Below, in pieces: positions 25,592 through 33,522 of a DNA stretch of 42,717 nt; the stretch's first letter is position 1, and the number at the start of each line of letters is the position of its first letter. The stretch is taken from the IMG/VR virus record IMGVR_UViG_3300049844_000160, positions 1 to 42,717 of that record. One strand, written 5' to 3'. Origin of the DNA: a virus. Lineage: Duplodnaviria; Caudoviricetes. A model generated the notes under the pieces. It had not been told where the DNA came from, did not search any database, and saw nothing but the letters and a program-made list of their open reading frames with translations. The translations under genes and the position numbers were made by a program.

Positions 25592-28453
25592 GTGAAAGCC
25601 CGTGATTACCAACTAGAAGCAGTCGCAGCTGTTCGTAAGTATTTTAGAGACGGTAATTACTATGCACTTATTCAGGCCCCAACAGGTAGCGGCAAGTCTT
25701 TTATAGCAGTCGAATTCATTCGGCAAATGCTGGAGACTTATTCAAAGTACCGAGTTTGCATTATTATTCCGAAACTCGCTATTATTGAGTCGTTTGTAAA
25801 AACTCTCACCACAGTTGTTCCACACATTACAGTAACGGTTGCTGCCACGAGTTCACACGGCAAGAACTTAGACGGGCAAATTGTGGTGGGGAGTTATCAG
25901 ACCCTTTATCGAAGCAAGCAATTACCTATCTTTGACCTTGTTATCTGTGATGAGGCACATCGAATAAATGAGAGAGATGAAAATAGCCAGTACTACTATC
26001 TCTTGAAGACTATCATGGCCAGTGGCTACACCAGGTGCCTTGCTCTTACAGCGACACCCTTCAGAGACGTTGGCTATATCTATGGGCCGGGTAAACTTTT
26101 TAAAGAACTCGTGTTCAAGCGTGATTTACTTTGGACAACTGAGATGGGCTTTACGGTTAAAGCTACTCTTTGGTCAAGCAGGGAGCACTCGTTTGATACG
26201 ACAAAACTCACAGTTGACAACACCGGCGAATACTCGACGTCTGAGTTAACAGAACTTACTGCTAACGAGGAAAAAGCAAGAGCACAGGTTAGTGATATTA
26301 TATTCTGCACTACTTCTAGAAAAAAGATTGCCATAGCCTGTGCAAACATTAAGCACGCTGAGCTTATAAAGAAACTCCTAGACGAGCACAACGAAGGTAA
26401 AACAGAAATTGTGCATTCTAACCAGGACTGGGAAGAACGTGAGATTTCTCTTGGGGCATTTGTCACAGACCCAGAAGTACGGTTTTTAGTTTTTATTTCT
26501 ATTGTGGCGGAAGGGTTCGATTGCTTGGACCGCGAAACAGAAATTCTTACGCCAAATGGATGGGTTGGGCTCGACACCATTGGCGCAGAAAAAGAATGCT
26601 ACTCAGTAAATCCAAAAACTAGAGCATTAGAAATTGTGCCAATAGAAAGAAGTTTTTCTAGACTGGCTATAGAGAAGATGGTTACTATCAAAAGCCAGCA
26701 TCAGGATATAAGAGTCACTGAGAATCATAATTTTGCTTTTACAAGAACCCACGGTCGAAATAGGGAGCTCCTTAATGGCCTTATGCTCGCCCCAGTGTCC
26801 AGACTTCCAGCAAGGCCTGTTTTTTTTCTAAACGGTGTTCCGCCCGTTACCCAGAACGGCTGTGGCTTGGGCCCAATCAACGCATGGGTCCTAGGTATGG
26901 TATGGACTGATGGGTGGAGTAACGGAGATACAATACAAATTTTTCAATGTAAGCCGCATACTGTAAAAAAGATAAGACAGAAACTAAAGCAATCTAGCTT
27001 TGATTTTACTGAGTGCATAAAAGATGTCACATCCAATTGGAAACAAAACTATAAAAAACTACATACCTTTAATATCCCTAAGGGTACTGGCAACGGTTCA
27101 AGGAAGCGTCGCGGTTTCTTAAATTTGTTTGGCCCTAGTCCGAAACATCCTAATAAAAAATTACTCAACATGTCACGAGAGGAGTTTCTTTCTTTCTGGG
27201 AGGGCATGCAAGACGGTAATGGTAGTCATGGAGGGAGAGAAAATGTACGCGTAACTTTGTGCAACAAAGCACAGGTTGATTTTGTTATGCATTTAGCTAC
27301 AAAGCTTGGGTTCAGTTCCATGTATGGGTCTTATAAAACGAAGAACGATGTCGATGTTTATAATTTGAGTGTAAGGAAAAAAATCACACACGGGCTGGCA
27401 CTGCAAGACAAACGCGGGGCTGTGGTAAAAATCACGAAGCCCGAGAATGGCGAGAGGGTTTGGTGCGTTTCAAACAAAAACGGAACCGTCATCTCTAGGC
27501 GAAATGGCAAAATTGTTGTTATTGGTAATTGCCCACAAATAGATACCATTGTTCTTCTTCGCCCCACAAGACGAGCAAATCTTTTCATTCAAATTGTTGG
27601 TCGAGCCTTACGGCCATTTCCAGGCAAACAAGACGCACTTGTTCTTGATTATGGAAACGTCATTAAGAACTGCGGGCCACTAAACGCACCGTTTGTAAAC
27701 ACCAAGGGAGGCAAACGTGGTTTGGAAGATGCACAGGCATTATCCGACGTAGCGGTAGTGCAGTGTCTTACTTGTGGCGCGTTTTTTTTTCCTATTAAAA
27801 AAGACTTAAAAGAAGGAGTTAATCCTCAGTGCCCACACTGCTTGTCTTTTCACACACAAAAAGCAATTGATCCAAGCAAAAGACTAGAGAAAAAAACTGC
27901 GACTGATGTTGCGTTATATGGCGATATAGTAAAAAAGAAAAAACGCGTTTCACGTGAAACAATGGATCTCACACTAACACACGTAAACTATTTACCCCTT
28001 GGATACGACGCCATGGAAAAGAGTAAAAGAAAGTTGATATCTTTTTACTTCAAGGAATTCCCAAGGCGTGAATTTAAAATCTTGTTTGTAAATCCATTGT
28101 TCAGGGGCGATGTTGATTTAGACAAGTGGCAGCTTGATAAGTGTGCAGAGCTTGAACCAGGCTTACAAAAACTTATGTCAGATGTGGTCGGGGATAAGTT
28201 TGATTTATACAGCATACGTTCTAAGGAGCATCTAATACCTGCAAAAGAAATTGTTATGACGGCGAGTATTCAGTCAGAACCCGGTCCTCCCGATTGGCTT
28301 ACATACAAGAGTCACAAGGTCATACTTAGAGCAACACCCAAAGCAACACCTGAACCAGTGGCAGATGATGCACCTTTCTTTGGTGAGGAACTGAGCTTGT
28401 TTGATGACACTCTGCCAGTCGGCTATATTACGAGCAATGGGGAAGACGCGTGA
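25592..28453 (+). CDS. SF2 (DEAH, RadD/YejH-like) DNA helicase with intein and C-terminal Zn ribbon
   Basis: APTGSGKS, DEAH, TATP, EGFD|CP, QIVGRALR, CxxC...CxxC. Confidence 0.92.
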   Translation: MKARDYQLEAVAAVRKYFRDGNYYALIQAPTGSGKSFIAVEFIRQMLETYSKYRVCIIIPKLAIIESFVKTLTTVVPHITVTVAATSSHGKNLDGQIVVGSYQTLYRSKQLPIFDLVICDEAHRINERDENSQYYYLLKTIMASGYTRCLALTATPFRDVGYIYGPGKLFKELVFKRDLLWTTEMGFTVKATLWSSREHSFDTTKLTVDNTGEYSTSELTELTANEEKARAQVSDIIFCTTSRKKIAIACANIKHAELIKKLLDEHNEGKTEIVHSNQDWEEREISLGAFVTDPEVRFLVFISIVAEGFDCLDRETEILTPNGWVGLDTIGAEKECYSVNPKTRALEIVPIERSFSRLAIEKMVTIKSQHQDIRVTENHNFAFTRTHGRNRELLNGLMLAPVSRLPARPVFFLNGVPPVTQNGCGLGPINAWVLGMVWTDGWSNGDTIQIFQCKPHTVKKIRQKLKQSSFDFTECIKDVTSNWKQNYKKLHTFNIPKGTGNGSRKRRGFLNLFGPSPKHPNKKLLNMSREEFLSFWEGMQDGNGSHGGRENVRVTLCNKAQVDFVMHLATKLGFSSMYGSYKTKNDVDVYNLSVRKKITHGLALQDKRGAVVKITKPENGERVWCVSNKNGTVISRRNGKIVVIGNCPQIDTIVLLRPTRRANLFIQIVGRALRPFPGKQDALVLDYGNVIKNCGPLNAPFVNTKGGKRGLEDAQALSDVAVVQCLTCGAFFFPIKKDLKEGVNPQCPHCLSFHTQKAIDPSKRLEKKTATDVALYGDIVKKKKRVSRETMDLTLTHVNYLPLGYDAMEKSKRKLISFYFKEFPRREFKILFVNPLFRGDVDLDKWQLDKCAELEPGLQKLMSDVVGDKFDLYSIRSKEHLIPAKEIVMTASIQSEPGPPDWLTYKSHKVILRATPKATPEPVADDAPFFGEELSLFDDTLPVGYITSNGEDA
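26522..27529 (+). mobile_element. Intein (336 aa) with LAGLIDADG-type endonuclease region
   Basis: N-terminal CLDRETEILTPNGW, block B VTENH, LGMVWTDG and WEGMQDGNG blocks, C-terminal VWCV...RRNGKIVVIGN followed by Cys+1. Confidence 0.92.
27946..27961. promoter_or_regulatory. parS-like centromere site
   Basis: CGTTTCACGTGAAACA, 15/16 to TGTTTCACGTGAAACA, with a perfect 14-bp palindromic core; inside the helicase CDS (encodes VSRET). Confidence 0.7.
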
Positions 28454-28775
28454 GCTGGAAATTGAGCAGCAATGTTTAATGTGGCTGAACACGAGCGGTT
28501 ACTTCGCCTTCAAGTTAAAGAACGTTGGCCTCTATGACGAGCGGTCTCAGTCATTTCGCCGCTTGGGTCGTTTTGAAGTTAGAGGGCTACCTGATGCCTG
28601 TGCTTTTCTTCCTAGCGGTCGTTGCTGTTGGATTGAATTTAAATCTGCTACAGGTGTGCAGTCACAATATCAAAAGTTATTTCAGAACCAAGTTGAGAAA
28701 TATCAAGGGCTTTATATTGTTGTGAGAAGTGTAACGGATTTAAGAACTCAGTTACAGAAAATAGAGGGGCATTGA
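28437..28775 (+). CDS. VRR-NUC domain nuclease (Holliday junction resolvase-like)
   Basis: ExxIE...GLPD...WIEFK...G.QS..QK.F...VVRS motifs. Confidence 0.88.
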   Translation: MGKTRELEIEQQCLMWLNTSGYFAFKLKNVGLYDERSQSFRRLGRFEVRGLPDACAFLPSGRCCWIEFKSATGVQSQYQKLFQNQVEKYQGLYIVVRSVTDLRTQLQKIEGH

Positions 28776-28776
28776 A

Positions 28777-29679
28777 ATGGCAGAGTCGTCATTTAAAAAA
28801 TCAGATGAGTGGCTAGAGCGACGTACTAAATCCATTGGCGGCTCAGACATTGCGGCTATTATGGGAAGAAGTCCTTACAAGACGGCATACCAGTTGTTCT
28901 TGGAAAAAACAAAGAAAGTAATCCCACCTGATATCTCATCCCTCCCTCACATCGTAAGGGGGCATTTGTCGGAAGAAATTGCAAGAGATCGCATAGAGCG
29001 AGAAACTCTTACAGCCTACAGGCCGAAATTCTGGGAGCACCCAGAGTACAGCTACATGACGGCATCAGACGACGGCTATTCGGTTGAGCAGAACTGCACG
29101 CTTGAAATCAAGGCGATGGGAAAAGACAACCACGAAGCGGCCCGCAAAGGAGTTATACCTGCCATGTATTTGGACCAGGTACAGTGGGGCCTTATGGTTT
29201 CAAGCTGCACCAAGTGCATCTTCATTTCCTACCGTGTTGAAGACGACGACATGGTGACGCTTGATGTGTTTCCAGACAAGAAACACCAAGACGAACTTGT
29301 GGCCGCAGCCCAGAACTTCTGGCTAAACCATGTGCTAAAAGACAAGCCACCAGAGCTGCAAGACGGTGATTACATGGAGCTAGAGGATGCGAATCTCTGC
29401 GATTTGGTTGAGAAGTATAAAACACTCCACGGCCAGGTTAAGACTTTGGAAGCCAGACTAGAGGAGCTTACCCTGCAGCTGAAACCATATACAGCCGCAC
29501 AAAGGGCCGTGAAGTGTAACGGCGTGAAATTACTACGAAGCGAGCGGCAAGGCACTATAGACTATAAGAAATTTCTTGCCGATCAGCATATTCCTAATAA
29601 TGAGATTGAAAAGTATCGCAAGAAACCTACTGAATCCTTTAGGGTATTTTTACCGGCTCTAGATTTAACCAAGATTTAA
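28777..29679 (+). CDS. YqaJ-like (lambda-exonuclease family) recombination nuclease
   Basis: WLxxR...IGGSD, SPYKT, RGHxxE, ASxDG, LEIK and YxxQVQ motifs. Confidence 0.92.
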   Translation: MAESSFKKSDEWLERRTKSIGGSDIAAIMGRSPYKTAYQLFLEKTKKVIPPDISSLPHIVRGHLSEEIARDRIERETLTAYRPKFWEHPEYSYMTASDDGYSVEQNCTLEIKAMGKDNHEAARKGVIPAMYLDQVQWGLMVSSCTKCIFISYRVEDDDMVTLDVFPDKKHQDELVAAAQNFWLNHVLKDKPPELQDGDYMELEDANLCDLVEKYKTLHGQVKTLEARLEELTLQLKPYTAAQRAVKCNGVKLLRSERQGTIDYKKFLADQHIPNNEIEKYRKKPTESFRVFLPALDLTKI

Positions 29680-29715
29680 CAGACAAGTACACGGCCCGTT
29701 TGCCAGACTATAGAT

Positions 29716-29895
29716 ATGAGAAAAATCATACTAGGAATCTTCATGATGGGTGGCTTTTTGTGGGCAGAAAAGAACAGTTATATAAATGTTCTAGATCCAG
29801 CCATTGGATTAACAACTGATTTTGTTATCTGTGTGGGGTCAGTCGGTGAGGTATGTACCTTGGAGGGGTTTCGCTATGTTCCGGGAAGTCGGTAG
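29716..29895 (+). CDS. Small putative secreted protein (59 aa)
   Basis: Manual ORF MRKIILGIFMMGGFLWA..., signal-peptide-like, two Cys. Confidence 0.5.
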   Translation: MRKIILGIFMMGGFLWAEKNSYINVLDPAIGLTTDFVICVGSVGEVCTLEGFRYVPGSR

Positions 29896-29896
29896 C

Positions 29897-30094
29897 TTAT
29901 TTCTTCTTAGGGAAATCGCTTTCGCCTTTTTTGATTCTATCTATTGAGTCACCAATGTCTTTTCGTAGGTTCATGATGTTGGACCATGTGGAGTCTGCCT
30001 TGCCAGATGCACCTCTGGCCATAGCAGTAAGCTCATCTGTTTCCTCGTCTGACATTCTTTCTTTTTTCTTTAAATCTTTATAAGCATTGGCCAT
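29897..30094 (-). CDS. Hypothetical protein
   Basis: 65-aa charged ORF at the distal end of the late operon. Confidence 0.55.
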   Translation of the reverse strand: MANAYKDLKKKERMSDEETDELTAMARGASGKADSTWSNIMNLRKDIGDSIDRIKKGESDFPKKK

Positions 30095-30144
30095 ATCATG
30101 TTAGTGTACTTTCGCCCCACTTGCTTTTCAAGTATCATAATTTG

Positions 30145-30351
30145 ATGGTCGAGAAATACACAGCCCTACTAAAGGCTTGCACAAGTCTAGACCAACTCTT
30201 CACTCTTGCCTCACGAATTGCAGATGAGTTCAAATCACAGGACGATGTACTGGCTTATTTTGAAACTATTTGTGTAGAGCAGTTGTATGCTATTGAAGCA
30301 AGAGCCGATGCAGCCGGATACCAAATGCTCACTGTAAAGCCTGAGGCTTAG
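30145..30351 (+). CDS. Hypothetical protein
   Basis: Isolated plus-strand ORF; ATG 30145 lies 6 nt after TATCAT; followed by a hairpin. Confidence 0.55.
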   Translation: MVEKYTALLKACTSLDQLFTLASRIADEFKSQDDVLAYFETICVEQLYAIEARADAAGYQMLTVKPEA

Positions 30352-30368
30352 TACTTAGGCTTTTCTTT
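30337..30368 (+). terminator. Candidate intrinsic terminator
   Basis: AAGCCTGAG-GCTTAGTA-CTTAGGCTT followed by TTTCTTT. Confidence 0.45.
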
Positions 30369-30441
30369 CATGTCACGATAGACGTTCATGGGCTTTTTTT
30401 TTGGTTGTGGGAGACGGTCGTTTAACATGTTTCCAAATGTT

Positions 30442-32031
30442 CTAACGGTTGCCATAGCGTTTTTTTAACTCCTCATATACATCACCCGAAACCATTGCAG
30501 GGGCTGCCTGACTTGTAAGAGCTTGGGCTGCATTGCCCACTCCTGAGCTAAGATTGTATAATTGTTTTGCTGCTATTTGTGGAGCGTAGTCATCAAGAGC
30601 TTTTACACCAATGGCTTTTATGATTCCTGTGATTGGATCGCTTGATGTCATAGCGGCGACACGAGATGTAACACCGAACATGTTACGGGCTCTCTCTAGC
30701 CCGAGTTCTCTATTTACAGCTTTTTTCATTGTTGAATAAATGTTGTAGTCATTTTTAGATGCTGCAATTTTAGAGGCCATTTCTGGGCGGCCGGTATAGT
30801 TCGCCACCCCTTCGGCAACGTCAGTTACGCCTTGACGAAGTAGGTCCCACTTTTCAAGAGCTACTTGTTCTGCAGGTGTGAGAGACTGAACGCCTTCGCG
30901 TTTTAATTTCGGCCAGTTGATTTTCTTGCCAAGCCTGGCAACGGTGTCTTGCGTGGTTTTAATGTCCATTTTAGGACGACCGCCACCTGATTCTAAAAAG
31001 TATTCAATCTCTTTAGCTGCAGCTCGATTTACCTCTGGGCTTCCAGCCTCAGAGGTATCAATGAGTCTTGCTGATAGTTCGTCAGCTATAGTTTTTTTAT
31101 CTACACCAACACTAAAGCCTTCTTTTTCAAGGGCCTTAGCTGATTCTGCAACTTCACTTACGGCTTCGTCTAATTGATTGCCCGCTTTTTTCAAGTTGCT
31201 ATAAATACGCTCTTGGATTTTTTCATTCCCACGTGGAACGTTTTTAATGATTCCACCAGAGAGTGCTTTGCCGCCAACCTTTTGTATCTCTTCTTTTGTA
31301 ATGCCTTGCAGTTCAGATGGTCTTAGTCTTCCAAGTGATTTAAAAGCTCTTTCGGCTGCGGCTTCTTTTATTTTATTCCCAACAGCTCCAATAACTTTTC
31401 CGCCACCATAGGCAACTGGTGCAAGTAGCGTCCCAGTGACTGCACCGATCGCTGCTTGTTTGGCAGCCTCAATTGGTTTCACGGGTTGAATCTCACCGAT
31501 GTCAGAGCCAGGGTCTTGAATGAGTCCCATAGCTGCCCCAACTTTAGGCGCTTGAATCACAGCCTGTTTAAGTGTTTGTGGTACGGCAAGTCCTGCACGA
31601 GCAAGGCCAGCACCTCCGGCAACAATGCCAGCAACATTTCCTGCCATGGAAGCTTTAGGATTTTGCTTCTCGTACTCCTTTAGCTGTTGTTCTAGTAAAT
31701 CACGGCGCTGAACATAGGAGTCAGGTCCTGCATACTCAGCCAATTTCTTACGCTGTTCATCACTAAAGATAGAGCCAATGGCTGTGGTTAGCGGAGCATT
31801 TAAAATGCCCCGTACTTTGGCTGGAAGAGCTGATTGTAGACCGGCTGTTATTTCAGCGCCATGTCCAGCCGTTGCCATGTCGAGAGCTTTCTCGGCGAAA
31901 GCTCCACCCATGCCGTAATCATCAACATTTGTAGCGGCCTTAGCTTGAAGTGCTTGGATATTCTTAATTCTTTGTATCCGCTGGATGCGCTCTATTTGCT
32001 CGGCTTTTTCTACATCTGTTAAATCTGCCAC
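30442..32031 (-). CDS. Putative internal virion (DNA ejection) protein
   Basis: A/G-rich helical protein with GxxxG-type hydrophobic segments; downstream of the tail genes. Confidence 0.6.
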   Translation of the reverse strand: MADLTDVEKAEQIERIQRIQRIKNIQALQAKAATNVDDYGMGGAFAEKALDMATAGHGAEITAGLQSALPAKVRGILNAPLTTAIGSIFSDEQRKKLAEYAGPDSYVQRRDLLEQQLKEYEKQNPKASMAGNVAGIVAGGAGLARAGLAVPQTLKQAVIQAPKVGAAMGLIQDPGSDIGEIQPVKPIEAAKQAAIGAVTGTLLAPVAYGGGKVIGAVGNKIKEAAAERAFKSLGRLRPSELQGITKEEIQKVGGKALSGGIIKNVPRGNEKIQERIYSNLKKAGNQLDEAVSEVAESAKALEKEGFSVGVDKKTIADELSARLIDTSEAGSPEVNRAAAKEIEYFLESGGGRPKMDIKTTQDTVARLGKKINWPKLKREGVQSLTPAEQVALEKWDLLRQGVTDVAEGVANYTGRPEMASKIAASKNDYNIYSTMKKAVNRELGLERARNMFGVTSRVAAMTSSDPITGIIKAIGVKALDDYAPQIAAKQLYNLSSGVGNAAQALTSQAAPAMVSGDVYEELKKRYGNR

Positions 32032-32032
32032 T

Positions 32033-33091
32033 TTATTCCCCTAAAAGTTTAGCTTCGTATGCTGCAAGCTCTTCTTTACTCATCTGCAGTAATTCTTCAG
32101 TGGTCTTCTTGGCTGTATCAATGGTTGATTTAACCTTTTCTTTTACTGGGCCATCTTTCTTCTCAGGCTTAGCTCTTAGGGCTGGGTTAATGTAGCCAGC
32201 TGAGTCCACCACTTTGAAAGTATCTTCAAATATCTTATTGCCATAGGATTCTGGCTTTTCAAAGTATTTGGCAGTAGATGGGGCCTGTGCATAGGCATTA
32301 CGAAGCAGCTCAGTGTTTGATTTTAATCGCTGTCGTTGTGATTCTTTAGATTCAATCAAACGGTCAAGATATGGCTGCATCTTGTCTTGTGAAATTTTTC
32401 CACGCTCGCCAAACTTTAGCTTTAGGCCCTCAAACATTGTTAGGTAATCTCTGATGTAGGCAGCTCGGTCCACATCTCCCTCATTGAGAGCGCCTTTTTC
32501 TTCACCGATATTTCTAGCGTAGTTTGAAAGACCAGACATTACCTTTTGCAAATCAAGATTGCCGTCTTTGTCTGGGGTAAATGCCGACTCAACCGTGGCG
32601 AATCCTGAAATAATTTTACTTGCATCACGGTCTATTTTAGTTTTCTGGTCTCTAATATCTTTTTCAATTTTTAGGCCTTGTGCTTCGTCGAATCTGGCTT
32701 GTCTTCCGTCCTGGCCAAGAGCATTAGCTAGGCTTGATTCTTTAGTGGGCTTAGTGAGTTCATCAAATAGCTTATCAGTGCGCTCTTGTGCGTCTTTACC
32801 ATAGGCAAGATTAGATTGAGCTGCAGCTACGGGGGCTTTGCCGCCGTACATGTCTTGTAGCTGGGCTGCCAGTGGTGTGAAGTCTATGTTTGTCGGTGAA
32901 GCTTTAAGTTGCGCCTCCAGCTGTTGGCGAAGTAGTTCTTTACGCTGCAGCTCCTCTTGTTCACGACGTTTGATAAGCTCAGCCAAGGCTGCCTTTTGGT
33001 CAGGCTCAGCCTGTGCCACCGCTTGCTGTACAGCTTGTTGCTCGGCTTGTTTGTCTAACATTGCTTGAAAGTCACTTGCTGTGTCAGCCAT
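32033..33091 (-). CDS. Putative internal virion (DNA ejection) protein
   Basis: Q/A/E-rich coiled coil; position. Confidence 0.55.
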   Translation of the reverse strand: MADTASDFQAMLDKQAEQQAVQQAVAQAEPDQKAALAELIKRREQEELQRKELLRQQLEAQLKASPTNIDFTPLAAQLQDMYGGKAPVAAAQSNLAYGKDAQERTDKLFDELTKPTKESSLANALGQDGRQARFDEAQGLKIEKDIRDQKTKIDRDASKIISGFATVESAFTPDKDGNLDLQKVMSGLSNYARNIGEEKGALNEGDVDRAAYIRDYLTMFEGLKLKFGERGKISQDKMQPYLDRLIESKESQRQRLKSNTELLRNAYAQAPSTAKYFEKPESYGNKIFEDTFKVVDSAGYINPALRAKPEKKDGPVKEKVKSTIDTAKKTTEELLQMSKEELAAYEAKLLGE

Positions 33092-33093
33092 TT

Positions 33094-33522
33094 TTATAGC
33101 CCCAATGCGGAAAGGTCGACCATTTTGTCTTGGCCAATGTAGGCATTCATACCACCCAAGGCGTCAGAACCAGACATATCAAGACTGAGTGGATTTGATG
33201 CTCCAACTAGTTTTTTCAAGAGTGCCAACCTCTCTTCATTCATCTTGTCGCCTTGGAGCCCTCGGTAAACATTCAGCCCCTGCATGGCTCCAGAGAAGCC
33301 ACCTGACAGTGCACCGCCAAGGCCACTATCCGTACTCGTATTTGGTTGTACAGAGTAACCCTTTTGAGCCACACCATAGGGGGCATATTCAGTATCAATG
33401 CGAGCCAGTTTGGCTGCCATAGCAGCATTGGCCGCAGCTTGTTTTGCTTTAGATTTACCAGACAAGAACCCGAGACCTGCTTGAAGGCCTCCCATAATAA
33501 GTGGCGCTGCTAGTGGTATCAT
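33094..33522 (-). CDS. Putative small ejection/pilot protein
   Basis: G/A-rich amphipathic N-terminus typical of podovirus ejection proteins. Confidence 0.55.
   Translation of the reverse strand: MIPLAAPLIMGGLQAGLGFLSGKSKAKQAAANAAMAAKLARIDTEYAPYGVAQKGYSVQPNTSTDSGLGGALSGGFSGAMQGLNVYRGLQGDKMNEERLALLKKLVGASNPLSLDMSGSDALGGMNAYIGQDKMVDLSALGL

Noticed and set aside
31225-31240. Degenerate second parS (CGTTCCACGTGGGAAT on the minus strand)
   Set aside because: About 12/16 match with one arm broken; not supportable alone.
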